This document shows, in pieces, positions 1 through 8,826 of a stretch of DNA of 64,000 nt. The position numbers and the translations under genes are program-made. This stretch comes from Sphingobacteriales bacterium (GTDB lineage: Bacteria > Bacteroidota > Bacteroidia > Sphingobacteriales > Sphingobacteriaceae), in the NCBI GenBank assembly GCA_038209155.1, contig JBBQYA010000002.1:3862-67861 (forward strand), given 5' to 3'. Positions within the stretch are counted from its first letter, which is position 1; each line of letters begins with the position of its first letter. The notes under the pieces are model-generated. The model did not search any database and had not been told where the DNA came from. It saw only the letters and a list, made by a program, of their open reading frames with translations.

Positions 1-569
1 GTACAACCAAATTCATTGGTAATAGTAAGAGTGTACAAAGTATTTATTACAGGTTTGGCATAAGTAAATAAATCTGTAGGATTTGTTAAACCCGTAATAG
101 GTGTCCATAGATAGGTTTCATTATGTTGGGGATTAAAACGACAGCTTCTGTATAAATTTACACTGTCTCCTAATTTAATATATTTTCTTTTTTCATCTAA
201 AGTGCATCCAAATCCAATATTGAGTACATAAACAGTATCTGTTGCAACAATAGTAGAACCATCTTTTACAGTTAATTTAAAAAGTATGCTATTACCATAA
301 ATCTGATTACTGCTTAGGATAGGATTTGAAACAGTTGCATTCAACAAAAGATCTGATGCGGTAATCAAAAGATTACCGAATATATAATTTGCTTCCCAAA
401 GATATGTGTAACTACCTGTGCCACCACTAGCAGTTGGACTACCACCAAGGCTGTAACTATTTGCATCTGGAAAACAAATAAAAAGATCTAACCCCGCATC
501 GGCAGTTAATTGAGCTTTACTTATTTGACAAAAAAAGCAAAGAAATAAAATAATGTAGAGATGTTTCAT
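1..569 (-). CDS. Secreted Ig/PKD-like repeat surface protein, N-terminal part; the gene runs off the left edge
   Basis: My own minus-strand translation from the ATG at 569-567 gives MKHLYIILFLCFFCQISKAQ (signal peptide), then LTADAGLDLFICFPDANSYSLGGSPTASGGTGSYTYLWEANY... This ADAG..D...LGG.P.ASGG.G.YTY.W pattern is typical of repeat modules in large Bacteroidota surface proteins. The frame stays open to nt 1. It is absent from the ORF track because it has no stop inside the window. Confidence 0.6.
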   Translation of the reverse strand, partial: MKHLYIILFLCFFCQISKAQLTADAGLDLFICFPDANSYSLGGSPTASGGTGSYTYLWEANYIFGNLLITASDLLLNATVSNPILSSNQIYGNSILFKLTVKDGSTIVATDTVYVLNIGFGCTLDEKRKYIKLGDSVNLYRSCRFNPQHNETYLWTPITGLTNPTDLFTYAKPVINTLYTLTITNEFGC

Positions 570-742
570 AGTGGTAGAATTTATTGTTTAAAAATGAAAT
601 TTCTTAATATGATTATATCTAAAATTTTAAATATTAACTAAAAGTAAGTATTTAGTTAAATAAAAATTAGCCAAAAGAATTTTTTAATGATTTCTATTTA
701 ATTAATTTCCAATTTTTCTAAATAAAACATAATAAAACCACC

Positions 743-1621
743 TCACCCCACTATCTTATCTACAAACTCCACAATAGTATTTTTAATAAAACTTTCTTTT
801 GTCCATGGAATAAAATGATTGGCTCCTTTTATAATGTGGAGTTGAGTTTGAGTAGGATTTTCTTTTTGAATAAAATAAGCATTCTCAACAGGGACCAAAG
901 AATCCTTGTCACCATGAATTACGCAAATAGGAACAGTAATTTCTTTAATGTTATCGGATATTTGTGCTACTTCTTTTTTGAAATACATAATTTCATTATT
1001 ACTAGTCGATAGATCTGTAGGCAAAAAAAATCGAAAGAAAATGGTATTGATCAAATATCTCCACTTTTCCTTTTCTTCATATTTTGCAGCCACCGATCCA
1101 CTCAAAACTACAATTCCAGCAAGGTTTTTATTTTTTGATTCGGCTAATTCTGCTACCACTGGACCACCTAGTGAGTGCCCGATAGCAAAAATCTTTTTAC
1201 CATTATTAATGACTTTAAACATCAAATTAATCAATCTGCATTGTTCCATAACAGGCATCGCTTTGCCATAATCACTTCCTCCAAAACCTGGCCGATCTAT
1301 ACTGATCACTCTATATTTACTAATTAAAACAGAATCAGAAAGAAATTCTCGAAATGCTTTCCAATCTCCTGGTGAACCATGAATGAACACTAAAGTGGTC
1401 GCATTATCTTTTCCTGTTTGTAAATAGTGCAATTTTTTTCCATCTACTAAAAGGGTATTGCTTTTTAATACAATTCCTTTTTCTTTAAATTCTTTTTTTG
1501 CTTTATCATCATTTGCATTTAATGCTTCGTGGTCGTTGTAATTTTTCATTACTGAACAGCCAATCATGATTAATAACATTAATACTCCAAAAACTTTTGC
1601 AATTTTTTTTAGCATTCTCAT
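743..1621 (-). CDS. Alpha/beta-fold hydrolase, probable lipoprotein
   Basis: Oxyanion-type HGSPGDW motif and nucleophile elbow GHSLGG. The N-terminus MLLIMIGCSV looks like a signal peptide with a lipobox Cys. Confidence 0.8.
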   Translation of the reverse strand: MRMLKKIAKVFGVLMLLIMIGCSVMKNYNDHEALNANDDKAKKEFKEKGIVLKSNTLLVDGKKLHYLQTGKDNATTLVFIHGSPGDWKAFREFLSDSVLISKYRVISIDRPGFGGSDYGKAMPVMEQCRLINLMFKVINNGKKIFAIGHSLGGPVVAELAESKNKNLAGIVVLSGSVAAKYEEKEKWRYLINTIFFRFFLPTDLSTSNNEIMYFKKEVAQISDNIKEITVPICVIHGDKDSLVPVENAYFIQKENPTQTQLHIIKGANHFIPWTKESFIKNTIVEFVDKIVG

Positions 1622-1708
1622 GATTATTTATCGAGATTAAGATTAAATTATTTATTTATGTGCAAAGAAATTAATTTCCTTTGATTTCAATAACATTAAA
1701 AATGAAGA

Positions 1709-2404
1709 ATGATCGTTGATCAAACCAAAAAAACCTTAATTAATTTCATTGCTGGATTTCTACTCAGTATTTTAGGTACAATTCCTCTTGGTTTTTTAAA
1801 TTTGGTTGCTTTACAGATTTTTTCCAACAAAGGAAAATGGGAAGCTATTCTTTTCGCATGGGGAGTAATTTTTGTAGAACTCATTGTGATACGCCTTACC
1901 ATGTCTGGTGCTAAATATCTGATAGCCAAACAGAAGTACAGAATATATATTGATTTATTCACTTTCTTATTTATTTCAGGATTTGCATTAGCTGGCTTTT
2001 TAGCCAATAAAAATGGCAAAACTGATTTAGATACTGATTTTGCAGTTGCTGCTGTACACCCATTATTGTATGGAATAATTTTAGGTTGTCTTAATCCTTT
2101 ACAAATACCGTTTTGGGCAGGTTGGAATGTGTATATGATTAATCATAAAAACCTGATACCAGAAAAGCCATTTTACTATTTTTATATGATAGGAACAGCA
2201 ATAGGCACGTTTGCAGGAATGTGTATTTTTGTTTTAACGGCAAAATATATGATCGAAAAAAACCAAAATGCTTTGCAGAATACTGGTGGAAAACTAATTT
2301 CTTGGGTTTTTTTAATTTTGGCTTTATGGCAAGGAAGTCAATTAATCTATCATTGGATAGGAGATAGGCAGAAAAAGAAATCTCTAATTGAATCTGACGA
2401 ATAA
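1709..2404 (+). CDS. Multi-pass inner-membrane protein with LysE/RhtB-like topology; function unknown
   Basis: 231 aa with about 6 hydrophobic helices. The N-terminal GTIPLGFLN resembles the LysE-family PGP motif only loosely. ATG at 1709. Confidence 0.5.
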   Translation: MIVDQTKKTLINFIAGFLLSILGTIPLGFLNLVALQIFSNKGKWEAILFAWGVIFVELIVIRLTMSGAKYLIAKQKYRIYIDLFTFLFISGFALAGFLANKNGKTDLDTDFAVAAVHPLLYGIILGCLNPLQIPFWAGWNVYMINHKNLIPEKPFYYFYMIGTAIGTFAGMCIFVLTAKYMIEKNQNALQNTGGKLISWVFLILALWQGSQLIYHWIGDRQKKKSLIESDE

Positions 2405-2408
2405 ATTA

Positions 2409-3032
2409 TTATTGAATAGAAATTCGTTTCATAGCGGTTTCTGTTCCGCAGGTAATTCGTATAAAATATAATCCGGCAGAAGCACTACCAGAAAGGTCAA
2501 ATTCTTTTCTATAATCACCAATCTGACGTTTTTCGTTCATCAAATTTATAACTTCGTTACCTAAAATATCTAATAACTTTACAGAAATTGTACTTTCTTT
2601 TCGGACATAAAACTGAACCGTTAATTTGTCATTCACTACTGGATTTGGGAACACGGAAAGACTATTAAGCAAATTCTGAGTGTTGCGAATAGAGGATGTA
2701 GAATTTACTGTAATAATTCCTGACATAGAAGAATTTAATGGACCTCCATGAGTTACACTATAATAGGGAATAATGCCAGATCGATTAATTACATAAGCTC
2801 TATATTTGGACATTAAATTTAAATTGAAAGCAGGTAAAGTGATTTGATCTTGAGAAACTACAGTATTAATTCCGTCAATCCATTGAAATTGAACAGTATC
2901 ACCAACATTTATCGTAATGTTTTTTGGAATAAATTCTAAATTCTTAACTTGAATTATATGTCTAGTTTGGCTAAAAACCAAAATCGGAAAATTAAGTAAG
3001 GCAATAAAAAATAAAATGTAAAAAATCCTCAT
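2409..3032 (-). CDS. Cupredoxin-like secreted protein with a T9SS C-terminal sorting domain
   Basis: Signal peptide LNFPILVFSQT. The plastocyanin-like strand pattern is HIIQVKNLEFIPKNITINVGDTVQFQW ... YYSVTHGG...MSGIITV. The C-terminal SVFPNPVVNDKLTVQF...GLYFIRITCGTETAMKRISIQ is a typical Por_Secre_tail. Confidence 0.7.
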   Translation of the reverse strand: MRIFYILFFIALLNFPILVFSQTRHIIQVKNLEFIPKNITINVGDTVQFQWIDGINTVVSQDQITLPAFNLNLMSKYRAYVINRSGIIPYYSVTHGGPLNSSMSGIITVNSTSSIRNTQNLLNSLSVFPNPVVNDKLTVQFYVRKESTISVKLLDILGNEVINLMNEKRQIGDYRKEFDLSGSASAGLYFIRITCGTETAMKRISIQ

Positions 3033-3057
3033 ATTTGCATCAACTGGGAAATATTGT

Positions 3058-3065
3058 CAAATATA
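3058..3065 (-). promoter_or_regulatory. Candidate Bacteroidota sigma-A -7 box (TAnnTTTG)
   Basis: The minus strand reads TATATTTG, 25 nt upstream of the ATG at 3032. Confidence 0.35.
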
Positions 3066-3234
3066 CATTTAAACCTTTTGAATTTTGATTTAAATGGCAA
3101 CATTTTGAAAGAAAACAAAAAAATAATCTTAACAGATGTTATTAAATTTCTTAATTTAACAATGGATTTTATCCATTCTAAACCAACATTTTTAATGTTT
3201 ATTTGTAATTCACCTAGACTAGCATAATTTTTCG

Positions 3235-6200
3235 ATGAATAATCTATTCAAAGATCATTATAACACAATAAATCAATTACTTAATTCTTTTCCCTATTCT
3301 GCATTAATTGTTGATGAGCAGCAAATTGTGCAGTTGGCAAATCATGCATTTAAAATCCAAACAGGTTTATGTAATGATATTTTTGGAAAAAAAATAAATG
3401 ACTTGCCTGGTATTTTGCTCAATCAAAAAAGCGAAAATCAATATTCTTTACAATTTAATAATGATCAAGGTAAGGTAATAAATCTAAATTGTTTTTCAGA
3501 AAGTTTGAGTTTAGAGTCTGGAAATAAGTTTTACTTATTAAAATTTGAAAATAATATAGAAATTAAATTGGAGCATTTGAGAGAAGTTCTAAATGCTTCA
3601 TTTGAACCATTATGTGTTCACGAAAACTTCAAATTAATAGGTGCAAATGATATTTTTCTAAAAATGATAGGATACGAACTTCATGAATTGGATGGATTAT
3701 ATTTAAAAGATATTTGTGAAGAAAAATCCTATAATGCCATCTTATCAAACATTCAAAAAAAGATAAATATACCTTATGAAGCACTTGGAATAAGAAAAGA
3801 TAGGACAACTTTTCCTGTTTTAGTCAGAGGCAAGTCTATCACTTTCAGCGGAATCGAGTATAGAGTAGTTTCTTGCAGAGATCTTACTCAAGAAAAACTT
3901 TCGGAAAAGCAAAAATTAAATGAGAAAACCAAGCTTGAAGCCATTGTAGAAACGCAGACAAAAATTATTTCTTCCGACTTAAATTTAGAAAAGTTGTTGA
4001 AAATTATTGTGAATCAATCGAGCAAAATAACTGGAGCAGATGGCGCTACTATAGAATTTGCAGAAAATGACCACATGGTTCAAAAAGCAAGAACTGGGTT
4101 TGCTAGTAAATTGAAAGGGAAGCAATTACTTATTAATAATAGTCTTTCTGGTCATTGCTTTAAAACAGGAAAATCTATTTTAGTGCACAACGCATTAAAA
4201 AATAAATATGTAAATCAGAATGCTAGAACTACACTTGGTTCTAATTCTGTGATTGTGGTTCCCTTAAAATTTGAATCAGAAATTATTGGAGTTCTGAAAG
4301 TAATTTCTCAAATAAAAGCAGCATTTACCGAAGAAGATGTAGAAACTCTCCAGATAATGGGCGGATTCATTGCCTCTGCTATCAGAAATGCAAATCAATA
4401 CGAAGAGAAACAGCAATTATTAGAAAAATTAACCGATATTTTAGAACATGTTCGCGAAAGTGAGGAACAATTTCGCTTACTAGCAGACCATATTAATGAT
4501 ATTGTAGCTTTGCATGATTTGGATGGTAATTTTACTTTTATTAGTCGATCTGTTACCAATGTTTTGGGTTATAAACCTGATGATCTTTTAGGAATAAGCG
4601 TATATAATTACATTCATCCAGATGATTTGAAAGGCCTTAAAGAACATATTAAAGAAAAAATATTTAAAACTAAAACCCAATCTAAAATTATATATAGATT
4701 TTTAAACAAAAATCAAAATTATATTTGGTTGGAAAGTATAGGCGAACCTATTCTAGATGAAAATAACCGTGTTGTAAAAATTCAAGTATCGTCTAGAGAT
4801 GTAAGTGATCGGATAAAAACATTAAATGCTTTATTGGAAAGCGAAAAAAGATATCGTTTTATTGCTGAAAATAGCACAGATATGCTTAGTATTCATGCTA
4901 TAGACGGAAGCATGTCCTATATAAGTCCAGCATCTAATAGAATTTTAGGCTATAAACCTTCAGAGCTTGTAGTTTTAGATCCATTTCACTTATGCCACCA
5001 TGAAGATTTACCAATTTTGAAAGAGGCAATGCGTATTTATATTGTTGAAAGACAGAAAGTGGCTTCTTTTACTTATCGAATGAAAAGGAAAGACGGAGAG
5101 TTTATTTGGATAGAATCCGTAGCAAAAACGGTTCTAAACGAACAAAATTTAGTCACTCAAATACAAGTAGCTCATAGAGATATCACTGTTAGAAAGCAAG
5201 TTGAGCACGAATTGTTGAAGTCGAAAATAGAAGCAGAAAGTGCCACAAAAATGAAATCTGAATTTTTGGCAATGATGAGCCACGAAATTCGAACCCCAAT
5301 GAATGGTGTAATTGGAATGACAGGTTTACTTTTAGAAACAAAATTAACCGATAGTCAGTCAGAATATGCTCAAGCGATTATGGAAAGTGGCGATGCACTT
5401 TTGAATGTAATCAATGATATTCTTGATTTTTCTAAGATAGAATCTGGCAAAATGGAATTTGATGAAAATCCATACGACTTATCTTCTTTAATAGATGGTG
5501 TTTTTAATCTTTTAAAAATTAAAGCTAAGGAAAAGCATATTGAACTTATTTATTTTCTAGATCCTGATCTCCCAGAATTATTAATTGGCGATTCACTACG
5601 AATCAGACAGATATTAATTAATTTAATCAGTAATTCTATCAAATTTACGAGTGAAGGGGAGATTTTTGTTTCGGTAAGCAGACTTGCTAATAAAATAGAT
5701 TCAAGCGAAATAGAATTGCAATTTTCCATAAAAGATACAGGAATTGGTATACCTAAAGATAAAATAGATCGCCTTTTCAACCCATTTATTCAAGTGGATT
5801 CTTCTACTTCTCGTCGTTATCAAGGTACAGGACTTGGTTTAGCGATTTGTAATAAATTGGTAGATATGATGGGTGGAAGAATTTGGGTGGACAGTGTTTA
5901 CATGGAAGGATCAATTTTTAGTTTTACACTAAAAAATAAGATTTCCGAGAAATTAAGTGATGTAGCCAAAACTCAATCGAATGAAACCAATGAATCTTTA
6001 CTGAATAAACGAGTTTTACTTTTGAGTGATAATCCAACCCAATTGCATGTATTAAATATGCAGTGTAAAAATTGGAAAATGCAAACTTATGCTGTCAAAA
6101 ATGAACAAGAAGCATTTGAAAAAAGCAAATCAGGAATTTCTTTCGATGTAGTAATTACTAATCTGCACATTCCAGATGAAGAAAGAATAAAATTATGCAA

Positions 6201-6804
6201 TAGTATTAGAAGTTTTTCTTCAGGAGATTTACCGTTTATACATATTTCTTCCGAAAAAAATCAGCAATCATTAGGTCTGTTTAGAGAATTAAATTACTAT
6301 CTCTCAAATCCTGTTAAATATTCAGATTTATACAAAATTTTAATCGATCAATTTAAAATTACTCCAAAAGAAGTTTTGGTGGAAAAAAGTGCTCAAGAAA
6401 TAGAAAAGCCCCTTTCCGAACGAATTCCCATTAAAATTTTATTGGCAGAAGATAATATCATTAATCAAAAATTGGTTACCCACGTACTTTCTAAAATGGG
6501 CTACAGTATAGATATTGCCGAAAACGGAATTGAAGTAATTCAAGCATTAAAAAAGAAAGAGTACGATTTGATTTTCATGGATGTGCAAATGCCAGAAATG
6601 GATGGTTTGGAAGCCACCAGTATTATTGTAAATAATTGGCCTAGAACTTCTAGACCCATTATTGTAGCTATGACAGCCAATGCCATGATAGGCGATAAAG
6701 AGAAATGTATAGAAGCTGGAATGGACGATTACATGAGTAAACCGATTGTATTAGCAGATATTAAAACTAAAATTGAAAAATGGGGAAGTTTAAAATTGGC
6801 TTAG
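3235..6804 (+). CDS. Soluble hybrid sensor histidine kinase: PAS x several, GAF, HisKA, HATPase_c, degenerate receiver, receiver
   Basis: H-box SEFLAMMSHEIRTPMNGV. ATPase boxes LINLISNSIKFT, DTGIGIP and GTGLGLAI. A GAF-like block ends around ...VVPLKFESEIIGVLKV. Two PAS modules carry the repeated pattern (RF[LI]A[DE]...D...[LM]...H..DG...[FY]IS.). The C-terminal receiver is KILLAEDNIINQ...YDLIFMDVQMPEMDG...AMTANA...SKP. No TM segment. Confidence 0.9.
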   Translation: MNNLFKDHYNTINQLLNSFPYSALIVDEQQIVQLANHAFKIQTGLCNDIFGKKINDLPGILLNQKSENQYSLQFNNDQGKVINLNCFSESLSLESGNKFYLLKFENNIEIKLEHLREVLNASFEPLCVHENFKLIGANDIFLKMIGYELHELDGLYLKDICEEKSYNAILSNIQKKINIPYEALGIRKDRTTFPVLVRGKSITFSGIEYRVVSCRDLTQEKLSEKQKLNEKTKLEAIVETQTKIISSDLNLEKLLKIIVNQSSKITGADGATIEFAENDHMVQKARTGFASKLKGKQLLINNSLSGHCFKTGKSILVHNALKNKYVNQNARTTLGSNSVIVVPLKFESEIIGVLKVISQIKAAFTEEDVETLQIMGGFIASAIRNANQYEEKQQLLEKLTDILEHVRESEEQFRLLADHINDIVALHDLDGNFTFISRSVTNVLGYKPDDLLGISVYNYIHPDDLKGLKEHIKEKIFKTKTQSKIIYRFLNKNQNYIWLESIGEPILDENNRVVKIQVSSRDVSDRIKTLNALLESEKRYRFIAENSTDMLSIHAIDGSMSYISPASNRILGYKPSELVVLDPFHLCHHEDLPILKEAMRIYIVERQKVASFTYRMKRKDGEFIWIESVAKTVLNEQNLVTQIQVAHRDITVRKQVEHELLKSKIEAESATKMKSEFLAMMSHEIRTPMNGVIGMTGLLLETKLTDSQSEYAQAIMESGDALLNVINDILDFSKIESGKMEFDENPYDLSSLIDGVFNLLKIKAKEKHIELIYFLDPDLPELLIGDSLRIRQILINLISNSIKFTSEGEIFVSVSRLANKIDSSEIELQFSIKDTGIGIPKDKIDRLFNPFIQVDSSTSRRYQGTGLGLAICNKLVDMMGGRIWVDSVYMEGSIFSFTLKNKISEKLSDVAKTQSNETNESLLNKRVLLLSDNPTQLHVLNMQCKNWKMQTYAVKNEQEAFEKSKSGISFDVVITNLHIPDEERIKLCNSIRSFSSGDLPFIHISSEKNQQSLGLFRELNYYLSNPVKYSDLYKILIDQFKITPKEVLVEKSAQEIEKPLSERIPIKILLAEDNIINQKLVTHVLSKMGYSIDIAENGIEVIQALKKKEYDLIFMDVQMPEMDGLEATSIIVNNWPRTSRPIIVAMTANAMIGDKEKCIEAGMDDYMSKPIVLADIKTKIEKWGSLKLA

Positions 6805-6888
6805 AAATATCAATTAAATTAGCTCGACAATTCATTTTGCAAATTATATTTTTACCCCATTTTAACTCGAGTATATAAATTAAGATTA

Positions 6889-8826
6889 TTGGAAAAGCAC
6901 GCTCACAAAAACAATGCTCTTACAGGAGCAGGATTATTAATTAGTTTAGGAATTATTTACGGTGATATTGGAACTTCTCCGCTTTATGTTTTAAAGGCTA
7001 TTATTGGGACTTCCATAATTGAATCAGATTTAATTTTAGGTGCGCTATCCTGCATATTTTGGACTCTTACTCTTCAGACAACTGTTAAATATGTTCTTAT
7101 TACTTTAAGAGCCGATAATAAAGGAGAAGGGGGAATATTTTCCTTGTTTACGCTAATTCGCCGAAAGGCAAAATGGCTCGCAATACCAGCTATGATTGGT
7201 GGCTGCACACTTTTAGCTGATGGAATTATCACCCCGCCTATTTCCGTTTCGTCTGCTATAGAAGGTTTGCAAATAAGATATCCAGATATCCAAACAGTTC
7301 CGATAGTGATTGCAATTATCACAGGATTATTCGTTTTTCAACAGTTTGGATCCAATTTAGTTGGTCGTGCTTTTGGTCCAGTAATGTTAGTCTGGTTTGG
7401 AATGCTGGCCTATTTTGGAGCATCTCAAGCTTTTACCAATTTTGAAGTTTTTAAAGCAATCAATCCTTATTATGGGTATAATTTATTAGTAAATACTTCT
7501 GGCGGTTTTTGGTTGTTAGGTGCAGTTTTTCTTTGCACAACAGGAGCAGAGGCACTTTATTCAGATCTTGGCCATTGCGGTAGAACCAATATTAGAGTAA
7601 GTTGGGTTTTTGTAAAATCTTCATTATTACTGAATTATTTTGGTCAAGGCGCATGGTTGCTCACTCAAAGCGGAAAAACGTTGAATGAAAATCCGTTTTA
7701 TAGTATTATTCCAGAAGGTTTTTTATTTTATGGAATTATAATTTCTACGCTTGCTACCATTATTGCAAGTCAAGCTTTGATCAGTGGTTCTTTCACCTTA
7801 ATAAGTGAAGCTGTTCGATTGAATTTTTGGCCAAAAGTCAAAATCAATTTTCCAAGTAATCAGAAAGGTCAATTGTACATACCAAGTGTGAATTGGCTGC
7901 TATTAGGAGGTTGTATCATCGTAGTTCTATTATTTAAAAAATCAGAAAATATGGAGGCTGCGTATGGCTTGTCCATTACTCTTACTATGCTGATGACCAC
8001 TATTTTACTCTCCGTTTATTTACTTACCAGAAGAGTTTTACCTATTATTGTTGGAGTTTTTGTAATCGTTTATGGTACAATAGAAATTAGTTTTCTGATT
8101 GCAAATCTGGTAAAATTTAGTCATGGTGGTTGGTTTACTTTATTGATTGGTGGAATTTTATTTTCGGTAATGTGGACTTGGTTTGCAGCTAGAAAGATCA
8201 AAAATAGATATGTAAAGTTTGTGGAGGTGGAAGATAATTATGAGGTATTAACAGATTTGAGTAATGATGAATCTGTTCCAAAATTTGCATCGCAGTTGGT
8301 GTATTTGACAAGCGCCAATTTCTCATCTGAAATAGAAAGTAAAATCATTTACTCCATTTTACAAAAACAGCCTAAAAGAGCAGATGTTTACTGGTTGGTA
8401 CATGTTGATGTGGTAGATGAACCTTACACTAGAGAATATAAGGTAGTGGTTTTAGTTCCAAATCATGTAATCAGAATAGAATTTGAATTAGGATTTAGAG
8501 TGGAACAAAAAATCAATTTATTATTTAGAAAAGTTGTAGAAGATTTAATTGCAAAAGGAGAAATAGACATCACTAGTAGATATACTTCGTTAAACAAACA
8601 TAAAATCACTGGAGATTTTAGATTTGTGGTTTTAGAAAAGCAATTATCAACATCTAATAATTTACCTTTTTACGAAAAGATTATTATGAGTTATTACTTT
8701 TTGCTTCATAAATTCTCACTTTCTGAGGAAAAAGGTTTTGGTTTAGATTTGTCTTTTGTAACGGTTGAAAAAGTGCCATTGGTATTGTCAAAATCGCAAC
8801 CAATAGAACTGAAAAGAATTTATTAA
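6889..8826 (+). CDS. kup: KUP/HAK/KT potassium uptake transporter
   Basis: Hallmark N-terminal motif GIIYGDIGTSPLYV, about 12 TM segments and a C-terminal cytoplasmic domain of about 200 aa. The start is TTG at 6889, the only in-frame start upstream of the motif. Confidence 0.9.
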   Translation: MEKHAHKNNALTGAGLLISLGIIYGDIGTSPLYVLKAIIGTSIIESDLILGALSCIFWTLTLQTTVKYVLITLRADNKGEGGIFSLFTLIRRKAKWLAIPAMIGGCTLLADGIITPPISVSSAIEGLQIRYPDIQTVPIVIAIITGLFVFQQFGSNLVGRAFGPVMLVWFGMLAYFGASQAFTNFEVFKAINPYYGYNLLVNTSGGFWLLGAVFLCTTGAEALYSDLGHCGRTNIRVSWVFVKSSLLLNYFGQGAWLLTQSGKTLNENPFYSIIPEGFLFYGIIISTLATIIASQALISGSFTLISEAVRLNFWPKVKINFPSNQKGQLYIPSVNWLLLGGCIIVVLLFKKSENMEAAYGLSITLTMLMTTILLSVYLLTRRVLPIIVGVFVIVYGTIEISFLIANLVKFSHGGWFTLLIGGILFSVMWTWFAARKIKNRYVKFVEVEDNYEVLTDLSNDESVPKFASQLVYLTSANFSSEIESKIIYSILQKQPKRADVYWLVHVDVVDEPYTREYKVVVLVPNHVIRIEFELGFRVEQKINLLFRKVVEDLIAKGEIDITSRYTSLNKHKITGDFRFVVLEKQLSTSNNLPFYEKIIMSYYFLLHKFSLSEEKGFGLDLSFVTVEKVPLVLSKSQPIELKRIY

